Assembly: GCA_963676915.2 (NCBI GenBank)
Contig: CAXXVK010000026.1
Span: 1 to 38,377, forward strand
Reading direction: 5' to 3'
Length of the DNA: 38,377 bases
Origin: Myxococcota bacterium
GTDB lineage: Bacteria > Myxococcota_A > SURF-8 > G963663525
The notes under the pieces were generated by a model that saw nothing but the letters and a program-made list of their open reading frames with translations, did no database searches and was not told where the DNA came from. Within the stretch, counting starts at the first letter, position 1, and each line of letters begins with the position of its first letter. Of this stretch, positions 18,703-27,605 are shown piece after piece. Position numbers and translations under genes: made by a program.

Positions 18703-18752
18703 GCGCGGTGTGTCAGCATTTTGTGAGTTGTTACAAGTTCATTTGAAACGGA

Positions 18753-19388
18753 TCAGAAAGACCGGAACGAGTGCACGACTTTTCCAAGAATCTGCACCTG
18801 AACGCCTTCGGATAAGTCGTATTCGAACGGCTCCATAGTGGGGTTTTCCGGGATGAGAAAGATTTTATTTCCCTGTTGTCGAAAACGTTTGACCGTTGCC
18901 TCTCCTTCGACCATAGCTACGACGATTTCGCCATTGTCGGCAGTGGATTGCGGCCGGACAAACACCGTATCCCCATCGAAAATTCCCACATCGATCATCG
19001 AATCTCCACGCACATTGAGCGCGAACAATTCGCCGTGGCGTCCGATGAGGTCGGGATCGAAAGCCAGAAAACCTTCCAGGTTTTCTTCGGCCAGAATCGG
19101 CGTTCCGGCGGCTACTTGACCTACGATGGGAATTCGTACCGCTTCAGGGGGACGTTGTTTTTTGCGAGAGGCAGAGCGCCGCTTCAGGTGGATTCCTCGG
19201 GATTTCTGGTCGCGTCGTTCCAGGTAGCCCTTGCGTTCCAGCGCTTTTAGATGGTCGTTTACGCCGTTGGGGGAGGAAATTCCCATATACAGGGCGATTT
19301 CCCGGATGGTCGGCGGGTAGCCGTCCCGTCCGATACACATTTCGATGTAGTCGAAAATCTGCCGCTGCCTGTCCGTCAAGTCTTTCAT
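18753..19388 (-). CDS. lexA: SOS repressor LexA
   Basis: LTDRQRQI..GYPPTIREIA..SPNGVNDHLKALERKGYL, VAAGTP (Ala-Gly cleavage site), GDSM (catalytic Ser), ATVKR (catalytic Lys). Confidence 0.97.
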   Translation of the reverse strand: MKDLTDRQRQIFDYIEMCIGRDGYPPTIREIALYMGISSPNGVNDHLKALERKGYLERRDQKSRGIHLKRRSASRKKQRPPEAVRIPIVGQVAAGTPILAEENLEGFLAFDPDLIGRHGELFALNVRGDSMIDVGIFDGDTVFVRPQSTADNGEIVVAMVEGEATVKRFRQQGNKIFLIPENPTMEPFEYDLSEGVQVQILGKVVHSFRSF

Positions 19389-19429
19389 GGCGTTCCTCGG
19401 GAATACTGGAATGACTTTCCTTTTCGATC

Positions 19430-19458
19430 AATATACTGAACAAAAGGACAGATGTCAA
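19430..19458 (-). promoter_or_regulatory. lexA sigma70 promoter with a LexA box in the spacer
   Basis: Minus-strand TTGACA (19458-19453), N17, TATATT (19435-19430). The spacer holds CTGTCCTTTTGTTCAG (CTG-N10-CAG, 19436-19451). Confidence 0.75.
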
Positions 19459-19514
19459 ATCCATTAAATATCTTAAATATGCGCTCATCGAAAATTTCTC
19501 CGTTTTCTCCTTCA

Positions 19515-19544
19515 TTGACAAAGTTGAGAAGAAACGTCTACGTT
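19515..19544 (+). promoter_or_regulatory. Possible divergent sigma70 promoter
   Basis: TTGACA-N18-TACGTT ahead of RBS AGGAGG and TTG 19579. Confidence 0.4.
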
Positions 19545-19578
19545 GGATGGGTACCCTATTTTCGTATCAGGAGGAACC

Positions 19579-21264
19579 TTGCTTCGCGTCGTGGCCCTCA
19601 TTTTGAGCCTGCTGTTGGTCGGTGGGTTGTTTGCCTGGCAGCTTCATGTCGGTTCAGAGCGCTATCCCATGCCGGAACCCGGCGAGGAACTGACCGCACT
19701 GCTTGGCGAATTGGACCTTTCGACTCCACCGTTGAGTGAATGGGTGCGTCTTACCGCGTTGGATAGCGAGCAAAGTTTTCGTGTGCAATTTCTTCGGCGA
19801 GGCAGTGCGGAACGCTTCGTTTTCGTGATGAATGCTCGGGACGATGAACGTCCGACCTACGCCCGAACCCGTGTTTACAACGTTTTTGTCGAATCGGCTT
19901 CCCAAGGGGCGGCGTCCTCTCCTGCAGTAGAAAAGGTTTTACCCGCTCTCGTGAAATGGGTGGAACACAGCGAAACCTCTACGATGCTACGACCCATGCC
20001 CGAGGTTGTTCCGCCAGATAGCGAGATCCAGCGACGCCTGGATCGTCTGCGAAGGCTGGAGGCTAGAAAGCGCTGGGAAATCGACCGCTTCGGCAGGGGG
20101 CGGTTGTTGTCGATGAAGGACGACGTTCGTTCCCACGTTGAGGATACTCGTTGGTTGATTATTGCCGGTCTGGTGGTATTTTTCGTGTTTCTGCCCGGTT
20201 TGTGGCGTTTGCATAACGATATGTTGCCCGAGGAGCAGTTGGATAGCAAAGCCAAGAATTTCGGTCATCCGTTTTTGCTGTTTGCAATTCTTGCGAGGTT
20301 GTCAGCCCATGCTTTTGGCTGGATTCCTCCATTGGTTTTTTCGAGTCAACGTTTATCTCCCGGAGAAGTTCCGCCATCAGAGGCGTTTCAAGCCGTTTTG
20401 TCACAGTGGATTCACTCCATGCCGCTTCCCGGTAACCTCCTGGTTGCACTGGCTGATGTGGCGCTCTTCGCGGCGACGGTTTATCTTGTGACATATTTAT
20501 CACTAAGGATCTTTGGGCAAGCCCGATCGGCGATCTGGTCGGGGGCATTGTTCACACTGGCGGTATGCAATTGGGCGCCGGAATCTTCGGCATTCTCTTT
20601 GTTGCTGGCCGAATTCATTCTGACGCTGTTCCTTTTTTCCTGTGCTCTTGCACTGACTCTCGACCGCCCTTGGTTCCTTATCCTTGCATTTGTATTGGCC
20701 GTTGTGGTGGTACGTATTCATCCGGCGGGAGTGTCGCTGGCGCTGCTGTCACCTTTCATCTTCTGGGCATTGGTGAAACGCTGGGAATTTTATCATTCCA
20801 TATTCAACTGGCTGTTACCACTGGGAATTTTGCTGTTCGCCGCACCGCTCATCTGGCAGCACGCCCGTTGGGAGCCGTTGGTGCCGGTTTGGGATACCTG
20901 GGCCGATCTCGGAACATGGCTGGTGGCTTGGCTGAGTTCAGGGAAGCACATGATGCTGTTGTTTCCCATTTTGGCGTTCGTGGGGTTGGTCGTTGGAGTG
21001 AAAAGCTCGAAAAAGCGGGAAACCTGGATGATTTTCGCCGCTTGGATGCTTCCCTGGAGCGCGGGTTTTTTATCTCCCGATCCGGCCATTCGTTCGAGCA
21101 TTGCCTCGCAATGGATTGTCGCCCCCTGCCTGCTGGGAGGACTTGCCATGGATCACGTGTTGACCGATTGGGAAACTCGTGGCCTGCATGACCGAAAAAT
21201 GCTGCTGGCCGCCGGGATTGTCGTGGCGGTACTGGTTCCTTCTGTGTTTTTGGTTTTTCAATAA
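19579..21264 (+). CDS. Polytopic membrane protein with an N-terminal extracytoplasmic domain (possibly a GT-C-fold glycosyltransferase)
   Basis: RBS AGGAGG before TTG 19579. An N-terminal TM segment, a soluble domain of about 170 aa, then about 11 hydrophobic segments. The GT-C resemblance is topological only. Confidence 0.45.
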   Translation: MLRVVALILSLLLVGGLFAWQLHVGSERYPMPEPGEELTALLGELDLSTPPLSEWVRLTALDSEQSFRVQFLRRGSAERFVFVMNARDDERPTYARTRVYNVFVESASQGAASSPAVEKVLPALVKWVEHSETSTMLRPMPEVVPPDSEIQRRLDRLRRLEARKRWEIDRFGRGRLLSMKDDVRSHVEDTRWLIIAGLVVFFVFLPGLWRLHNDMLPEEQLDSKAKNFGHPFLLFAILARLSAHAFGWIPPLVFSSQRLSPGEVPPSEAFQAVLSQWIHSMPLPGNLLVALADVALFAATVYLVTYLSLRIFGQARSAIWSGALFTLAVCNWAPESSAFSLLLAEFILTLFLFSCALALTLDRPWFLILAFVLAVVVVRIHPAGVSLALLSPFIFWALVKRWEFYHSIFNWLLPLGILLFAAPLIWQHARWEPLVPVWDTWADLGTWLVAWLSSGKHMMLLFPILAFVGLVVGVKSSKKRETWMIFAAWMLPWSAGFLSPDPAIRSSIASQWIVAPCLLGGLAMDHVLTDWETRGLHDRKMLLAAGIVVAVLVPSVFLVFQ

Positions 21265-21294
21265 CGAATGGCAATCCAAGAGGCTGTTTGTCTC

Positions 21295-21930
21295 TTACGA
21301 GTCTTCGTCCATATCACCATCGGCGGATTGACAGAAAGCATCACCGATTTGTGTCGTATCGGTGCAGGTGCCGTTGCAGGTCGTAGTTACGCAGTCACAT
21401 TGAGACAAACAAGAATACCCATCTCCTCTGCAATGCTCGATCTGCTTACAGGTCAACAACGTTCCATTTTCGTCGCATTTCGTTCCTGCATCACGAAAAA
21501 CGCCATTGGCAAAGCACGGTCCGTTATCCTCTTCACACAAGCAATCGCTTTCCTCATCCTCATCGCCGCCCGGAACGCACACGGCATTTCCAGATTTTTC
21601 AACGTCCTTGCAGGTGCCGTTGCAGGGAATGGAGATGCATTCGCAAAGCTTTGGGCAGGATTCGACGCAATTTATTCCTTGAGTGCAATACAACAATTCA
21701 CCGTCTTCATCGCATTTCGATCCTTCTGCTAAATATCCACCGTTTTCAAAGCAATAAAAAAATTCTTCTTCACAGGGTTCAAATAAACAGTCCGCATCTC
21801 TATCGGCTGGGAGGGTGTCATCCTCATCGAGAAGCAGAGGTTCTTCGTCTTCATGGCAAGCGGTGATAAATAGCATCATGACCAGAACAATTCTTAATAC
21901 ACTCAACGTTTTTTCCAGATTCCATCGCAT
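21295..21930 (-). CDS. Cys-rich lipoprotein with two 12-Cys repeats
   Basis: Lipobox FITA-C. Two copies of C..CF.NG....G.KCDE.G.LL.C....C..C...C.C....CNGTC.D....G.A.C. Confidence 0.75.
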   Translation of the reverse strand: MRWNLEKTLSVLRIVLVMMLFITACHEDEEPLLLDEDDTLPADRDADCLFEPCEEEFFYCFENGGYLAEGSKCDEDGELLYCTQGINCVESCPKLCECISIPCNGTCKDVEKSGNAVCVPGGDEDEESDCLCEEDNGPCFANGVFRDAGTKCDENGTLLTCKQIEHCRGDGYSCLSQCDCVTTTCNGTCTDTTQIGDAFCQSADGDMDEDS

Positions 21931-22206
21931 GAGTTATCTCGTTTCTGAGAGTGTATAGTTTGTTGCGTCATGTGAATCGAACAATACAAACACAAAGATT
22001 CGAACGAAAACGTAAAACATCGACTGCAAGAATCTTACATGATTTCTCCTTATTAGCATGATTTATTGTGTTCTTTTGGCTCTTTATTGCCACTTTTACC
22101 CGAAAAATTCCGCAAAGATTCATTTGCCTATTAAGACGCCCTGCTTTATAAAATGAACTCTCAAAACATTCGTTTTATGTCGAAACGAAATCAAGAGGAG
22201 ATAAAA

Positions 22207-22968
22207 ATGAAAAAAACGGCTACTTTCCTACTGGCTTCCATTCTTTGCGCGGCGCTGTGGTATGGCTGTGACGACGCCAAGGACGCCCTGTTGGGTGAGG
22301 CTTCCGAGAACACTGCTTGCGGTCGCTACTGCCTGAGTTGCGACCAGTGCAAGTCCGAAGCAACCGGTCTGACCAAAACCGTGCTCAACACCATTTGCTC
22401 GGATTCTTTTGCCGGAACGAAAACTCTGTGCGAAATGCCTTGCGAAGAAGGCGACTGGCTGGCCGATATGATCAACGGCCTCGTTCCCGAGAAATACGAG
22501 TTGGAATCTCTCAACATCAAAGAGACGGTTACCAAGGCCGAAGCCACGCTCGAAACCAAATGCGGCGAAGATCCTCCCTGGGAGCCGATGGGCCTGGAAG
22601 AAGGCGATACCTTCACTTGTGAAGCCGACATTCGCACGCTGACCTCTTCCTGTGTCGAATACAACATGGTGATCATCTCCGGTGGCGAGTTGGACACCGC
22701 TTGCCAGCGTTTCTGCTCGATGTGCGTCAACTGCTCTGTGGGTGCGGTTTCCAGTGTCGCCGAATGGTGTGGCAAAGAGGGCGGACTTCCCTGTGCCAGC
22801 ATGTGTGACAAGTGGATGAAATCCTACGTCGAAACCGCCGAAGAAAAACTGGCGGACGAATTGGACGATGTGGATAGCTGGAAAGACATGGAATGCAACA
22901 AGTTCGATGACTACGGTCAGGAAGTCATGGACAGCGTGACGGACGAGGCGGATTTCCCCGGTCTGTAA
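22207..22968 (+). CDS. Acidic Cys-rich lipoprotein with two TACxxxCxxCxxC repeats
   Basis: RBS GAGGAG. MKKTATFLLASILCAALWYG-C lipoprotein signal. Repeats TACGRYCLSCDQC and TACQRFCSMCVNC. Confidence 0.75.
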   Translation: MKKTATFLLASILCAALWYGCDDAKDALLGEASENTACGRYCLSCDQCKSEATGLTKTVLNTICSDSFAGTKTLCEMPCEEGDWLADMINGLVPEKYELESLNIKETVTKAEATLETKCGEDPPWEPMGLEEGDTFTCEADIRTLTSSCVEYNMVIISGGELDTACQRFCSMCVNCSVGAVSSVAEWCGKEGGLPCASMCDKWMKSYVETAEEKLADELDDVDSWKDMECNKFDDYGQEVMDSVTDEADFPGL

Positions 22969-22992
22969 ACCGAATCCAAACGTGACAATCCA

Positions 22993-23028
22993 CGAAAAGG
23001 ACGCTTTTGGGCGTCCTTTTCGCGTTTT
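22993..23028 (+). terminator. Rho-independent terminator
   Basis: CGAAAAGGACGC-TTTTGG-GCGTCCTTTTCG followed by CGTTTT. Confidence 0.7.
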
Positions 23029-23100
23029 GTGGGACAAATGCAGCCTGTTTGTGGCATAGTCGATGCATCCTGCAAAAGTTTTCGAGGAAGGTGTACCGTA

Positions 23101-23799
23101 ATGAGTCTTCGCCCCGAACGATTGAAGCGCTACCCGCTATTCAGCAGTTTGCCCGCTCGTCCACTTGCGGATGTGGCGGCGTTTAGCGAACTCCTCAAGG
23201 TATCCAAAGGGGCGATGCTGTTTTATCAGGGAGATCCAGCCACGGCATTTTACATGCTGGAATATGGCCGTGTGAAAATCTACCGTAGTTCTCCCGAGGG
23301 GCGAGAGCAGATCCTTCATATGGCCGAAAGCGGTCAGACCTTTGCCGAGGCGGCTGTGCTGTCGATGCCCAATTATCCCGCCCACGCTTCAGCGATGGAA
23401 GAAAGCCTGTTGATCAAGGTGCCGCGTGTTCCTTTCGAACGCTTGATTTCGGAACACTCCAATGTGGCTCGCGCGCTTTTGGCTGGTCAGGCAATGTGGC
23501 TGAGGCGGTTGGTTGACCTCAATGCTTCGTTGTCACTGGAATCCGTAGCTTCGCGGTTGGCGCGCTATTTGATATCAACTGCCGAAAATGCCGGGCTGGA
23601 AGTGACCGACGGAGTGGCGATGCCTCTGGAAACGAAAAAAAACACGATCGCCGCACAATTGGGCACCGTGCCGGAAACGCTTTCCCGGAATTTTTCCAAA
23701 TTGGAAAGGTCGGGCTTGTTGAGGAGGGAAGGCAAGACGGTAATGTTGCTCGATGCTGAAAAACTGATCGATCTGGCCTATTCCGATGTAGGAGCGTAA
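23101..23799 (+). CDS. Crp/Fnr family transcriptional regulator (HcpR/Dnr-like)
   Basis: KGAMLFYQGD..GRVKIYRSSPEGREQIL..GQTFAEAA..YPAHA. HTH IAAQLGTVPETLSR. No FNR-type Cys cluster. Confidence 0.9.
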   Translation: MSLRPERLKRYPLFSSLPARPLADVAAFSELLKVSKGAMLFYQGDPATAFYMLEYGRVKIYRSSPEGREQILHMAESGQTFAEAAVLSMPNYPAHASAMEESLLIKVPRVPFERLISEHSNVARALLAGQAMWLRRLVDLNASLSLESVASRLARYLISTAENAGLEVTDGVAMPLETKKNTIAAQLGTVPETLSRNFSKLERSGLLRREGKTVMLLDAEKLIDLAYSDVGA

Positions 23800-23939
23800 T
23801 AGCTTTTTCCACCCAAATTCCTATTGCTAACAACACACACATACTTTTGAGTGTGAAGCCTTGAATAAGCATTGATAGGGTTGCGAGGGAAAAAAAACGT
23901 GATATAATCGCGCGACTTTTTCGAATTCTGGGGATACTG

Positions 23940-24743
23940 ATGGAAAAATCCCAACTGTTCGGCATTTTGCTGGTACTGGTGATCTTGGGTGGGGGAGGAT
24001 ACTTCGTTTTACAGAAGGATTCTGCCGTTCTCGATGATCTTCTTCCCGCAGATGATGAAGAGGAACGTTCCATTGCCACTGGGACCGAGCTTTCCTCCAG
24101 CAAAGCACATTCTTCGGAACAGGATGTTCAGACATTGGAGAATGAGCCTGAAACTATCGTATCCAAAGTCGAGAATATCGTTGGAATCAAACAACCCGCA
24201 TATTACAAATGGGTGGATGCCAAAGGGACGATTCATTATACTGACGATCCAACGACAGTTCCCGAAAACTACCGCGATCAAATCACCAAATTGAACCTAG
24301 GTAGTGGAGGGCGTGGCGGGGTGCTGGTTCAGCAAAATTCCTGTGATCAACCCCAGGAAAAAAGTAGTTTATTCAACATGGCGATTGGTGGCTCGGAGTC
24401 GCCATCTCGTACGAAGTTGCCTTCTCTGAATCAGTCTGCTGCTCCCCGCAAAACCTCCCCCATGGGATCTGGGGGGGATATTTTGAAGGTTTTCACCCGT
24501 GGAGGGGACAATAAAAGTCAACAACTATTGAATTTCCTAAGGAAAATGAATGTTCCCCACGTCAATCTGGATGTTGGTGAGAATCAGCAGCTTCATGAAC
24601 AGATGAAGAACCTTACTCAGGGACAGGACACGTTGCCGGTATCTGTTTTTCCTGAAAACAAGGTGATGACCGGTTTCAACCGGCAAGCGCTTCTTCAGGC
24701 CATACAGAATCTTGACGGTGTAAGTCCCGGTTCTGCAAAGTAG
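23940..24743 (+). CDS. Membrane-anchored DUF4124 protein with a C-terminal glutaredoxin-like domain lacking CxxC
   Basis: N-terminal TM segment. YYKWVDAKGTIHYTDDP (DUF4124-like). The C-terminus VFTRGGDNKSQQLLNFLRKMNVPHVNLDV..TLPV..MTGFN follows the glutaredoxin/NrdH pattern. Confidence 0.65.
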   Translation: MEKSQLFGILLVLVILGGGGYFVLQKDSAVLDDLLPADDEEERSIATGTELSSSKAHSSEQDVQTLENEPETIVSKVENIVGIKQPAYYKWVDAKGTIHYTDDPTTVPENYRDQITKLNLGSGGRGGVLVQQNSCDQPQEKSSLFNMAIGGSESPSRTKLPSLNQSAAPRKTSPMGSGGDILKVFTRGGDNKSQQLLNFLRKMNVPHVNLDVGENQQLHEQMKNLTQGQDTLPVSVFPENKVMTGFNRQALLQAIQNLDGVSPGSAK

Positions 24744-24785
24744 CCGACCGAAAATCCTAAAATACTCAATAAGATCGATAGGATG

Positions 24786-26819
24786 TCATTTTTGTGATGA
24801 TGTTTGGACTTGTTCTTTTTCCATGGGAACCTTCGAAACGTCGCGACAATCTTGGGGCTTGTCGGGATTGGGACGTAAGTACTTCAGTAGAAAGTCCGCC
24901 ATGCGACGGTAAGCGACCTTCCGATTCGACAATTTTCGGATGCCGTGGCCTTCATCGGGGAATATCAGGCTTTCTACTTCTCCACCTCGTGCGCGTAAAG
25001 CATCGATGATCTGCCGTGCTTCATTGACGGGAACACGCGGATCGTTTTCACCGTGAACAATCATCAGCGGACTGACCACACGGTCGATTTTGTGAATGGG
25101 AGAAATCGATTTAAGGAACTCGCGGTCGCTCAGCGGGCCGTATTCCATCTCGCGGACTTGGCGTCGATAGCCTTTGGTCTGTTCCAGAAACGTAACGAAA
25201 TTCACGATACCCACCGAGTTGATGCCTGCCATGAAACGGGTGGGATATTCCGTGAGCGACGCCATGACTACATACCCACCGTAGCTTCCGCCTTTGATGG
25301 CGAGCCGTTTGGGATCGGCGAGCTTCGTTTGCACAAGCCAGTCGGCTGCGGCTTTGAAGTCGCGGATCGAGTCCAGCCGCTTGCGGTAGTCGTCCAAAGC
25401 CATGTATTCGCTGGTATAGCCGGATGAACCTCGCACGTTGGGGGCGATCACACCGATGCCATTTGCAAGTAAATGTTGGAAATTACGAATGAAACGAGGT
25501 CGGAACTGGCTGGATGGTCCCCCGTGGGCATACACAACATAGGGGGCGGGACGTCCGCTGTAACCTTCGGGACGGTACAGGAAGGCCGGGATTTTCAACC
25601 CATCGAAACTAGGAATGAAAACCAATTCCGGTGCCACGAAACGCTTGGTGTCGATTCCTGCCGTATCCGAAAACGTCAATTGCTCCAATTCTCTGGTTAT
25701 CATGTCGTACCGAATGACGTCTCCTGGTTTCGATGCGGAACTAAGCACGAAATACAGGTTGAATCCGCTAAAAACCGGGTTTTCGATAACGCCGGTTTCT
25801 ACATCGGGTTGTGAAAAATCTTCCAGGGTATCGGCATCGACAATGTTCAAGCGACTGGCGCCATGTTCGTTGAAGGCATAGGCCAAGAAATCTCGATTCG
25901 GAGAAAGAGTGAAGCTTTCGATGTCCCAGGGCGGTTCGGCCAGTACATCCCATGTTGTCGAAGGTTTCGAGGCGGACATTTTGCCAAGTACGGTTCGCTC
26001 GTGACCGTCATCGCTGAGAAAAAACAAGTGTTTGGAATCTGCCGTGAATCGTGCCGTGTGGTACATACCGCGCTCACGCTCCGAAGGAGTCAGTAAAAGG
26101 CTTTCATGGCTCTGTAGGTCGAGAATCATCAGGTCGGCCAATCCCGCTCCTTTGTAATGGACATAGGCCAGTTTGCGACCATCGGGGCTGATGTCCTCGA
26201 TCCAGTGGTAGCCTTCTCTCTTTTCCAGTAGGGACGCTCGGCCTTTGGCCAATTCGTAGCTCCAGAAATCGAAATCCTTGCCGTTGCGTCGTGTGGATCG
26301 ATAGTAAAATGTTTGGGAGTTTTCAGCCCAGACGATACCGTCCGCTCGTGCCGTTTCTCCTGTGTCTACGGATTTTGGCGGTGAGTTCGGCAAGGAAGTG
26401 TCGATCAGGTACAAGTCGAATTGTTCTGTTCCTCCTTTGTCCGAACCGATGACAAGATGCTTTCCATCCGGAGAAAGGGAAAAGAAATCCACACCTTCAG
26501 GGAATTGCTCTTTGGTTGTGACCGAGGAAACTTCGTTATTCTGGCGGCGATACACCTGGTCTACACCCGTCGTCCAGGTCAGATAATAAAGCGTCGAATC
26601 GGGAGCGACCTGTGGCGAAGTCACCGAAAGAATCTGCATGTAGGTTTCAACATCGGCGGGAGCGGGACAAGGGGGAAGTGGCAGAGGTTCGATGACCGTG
26701 GGTCGGGTGGCGCATCCGGCCAGGAGCAAGACGAAAAGACCGCAGGTAAAAGCGGTTCGTTTGCCTGAGAACTCGTCGACATTTGAAAAATAACTGCAAA
26801 ATTGAGTCAAAAAAAACAT
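24786..26819 (-). CDS. S9 family (prolyl oligopeptidase/acylaminoacyl) peptidase, probable lipoprotein
   Basis: LLAG-C lipobox, beta-propeller repeats (SPDG), HGGP, PNVRGSSGY, GGSYGG, HGENDPRV, DEGHG. Confidence 0.93.
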   Translation of the reverse strand: MFFLTQFCSYFSNVDEFSGKRTAFTCGLFVLLLAGCATRPTVIEPLPLPPCPAPADVETYMQILSVTSPQVAPDSTLYYLTWTTGVDQVYRRQNNEVSSVTTKEQFPEGVDFFSLSPDGKHLVIGSDKGGTEQFDLYLIDTSLPNSPPKSVDTGETARADGIVWAENSQTFYYRSTRRNGKDFDFWSYELAKGRASLLEKREGYHWIEDISPDGRKLAYVHYKGAGLADLMILDLQSHESLLLTPSERERGMYHTARFTADSKHLFFLSDDGHERTVLGKMSASKPSTTWDVLAEPPWDIESFTLSPNRDFLAYAFNEHGASRLNIVDADTLEDFSQPDVETGVIENPVFSGFNLYFVLSSASKPGDVIRYDMITRELEQLTFSDTAGIDTKRFVAPELVFIPSFDGLKIPAFLYRPEGYSGRPAPYVVYAHGGPSSQFRPRFIRNFQHLLANGIGVIAPNVRGSSGYTSEYMALDDYRKRLDSIRDFKAAADWLVQTKLADPKRLAIKGGSYGGYVVMASLTEYPTRFMAGINSVGIVNFVTFLEQTKGYRRQVREMEYGPLSDREFLKSISPIHKIDRVVSPLMIVHGENDPRVPVNEARQIIDALRARGGEVESLIFPDEGHGIRKLSNRKVAYRRMADFLLKYLRPNPDKPQDCRDVSKVPMEKEQVQTSSQK

Positions 26820-26973
26820 GATTTCTCCTTAGAGCACAAACAAAAACGCCTGAAGTGTAGTCCGTACGTGTGGATCGTCAAGTTTTCCTTGTTTGTATAG
26901 AAGCGCTTTACCGAAAAGGTATACAATTTTTCCTTTGTTAAAAATAGTTTGGAATATTTTCAAAAAAAGGGGC

Positions 26974-27023
26974 TTGACATTCTTTATTAAATAGTAAAAC
27001 TACTAACAAGGAATTCATTCTTA
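26974..27023 (+). promoter_or_regulatory. Promoter region of the perR-like gene with AT-rich inverted repeats
   Basis: TTGACA at 26974, followed by TAGTA-AAAC-TACTA (26992-27005) and AAGGAATTCATTCTTA. These are candidate autoregulatory Fur-family sites. Confidence 0.35.
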
Positions 27024-27037
27024 GTGAAAGTGTCTCC

Positions 27038-27517
27038 ATGTCAAGTCACAGACCCATCGTCAACGACCGAATGAAGCGTTTCGAAGACGTATGCCGGAGC
27101 CAGGGGGTGAAACTCACGCCGCAGAGGATGGAGATCTTTCGGGAGGTCGCCGGAACCGGAGAACACCCGGATGTGGAAAGCGTCTACCGTGGAGTTCGAA
27201 AACGGATGCCTACGATATCGCTCGATACTGTTTACCGAACCCTTTGGAAACTGGAAGAGTTAGGACTCGTAAAAATTCTCGGGGCTTCTCGGGAACGAAC
27301 TCGCTTCGATGCCAACCTGGAACCGCATCATCACTTCGTTTGTATCGAATGCGGTAAAACGAGGGATTTTTACAGTGAAGATCTGCTGCATCCCGAATTG
27401 CCTGAATCCTTGAAAACCTTGGGAAATCCTTTGACGACACATGTGGAAGTCAGAGGAATTTGTAACGATTGCGTGCAAAAGACAGAAAAAAATAATTCTC
27501 AGAGACAAAAATCCTGA
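27038..27517 (+). CDS. perR: Fur family regulator, PerR-like
   Basis: KLTPQRMEI..HPDVESVY..PTISLDTVYRTL, RFDANLEPHHHFVCIECG, GICNDC. Adjacent to a peroxiredoxin gene. Confidence 0.8.
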   Translation: MSSHRPIVNDRMKRFEDVCRSQGVKLTPQRMEIFREVAGTGEHPDVESVYRGVRKRMPTISLDTVYRTLWKLEELGLVKILGASRERTRFDANLEPHHHFVCIECGKTRDFYSEDLLHPELPESLKTLGNPLTTHVEVRGICNDCVQKTEKNNSQRQKS

Positions 27518-27605
27518 AACCTTGCAAATCGTAACGGCTCCATTTTGATACCCCATGAGGGGTTCATTGAAAAAAGGTCATTTCATAAACTCATAGGAGG
27601 AAATC

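Noticed and set aside
18524-18752. queF-lar operon as part of the lexA (SOS) transcript
   Set aside because: The 229-bp gap contains its own candidate promoter and no second LexA box. Read-through is not excluded but is unsupported.
22207-22968. Radical SAM, ferredoxin or multiheme cytochrome, suggested by the CxxxCxxC motifs
   Set aside because: It is an exported lipoprotein with no radical SAM barrel motifs and no CxxCH. Disulfides are more plausible.
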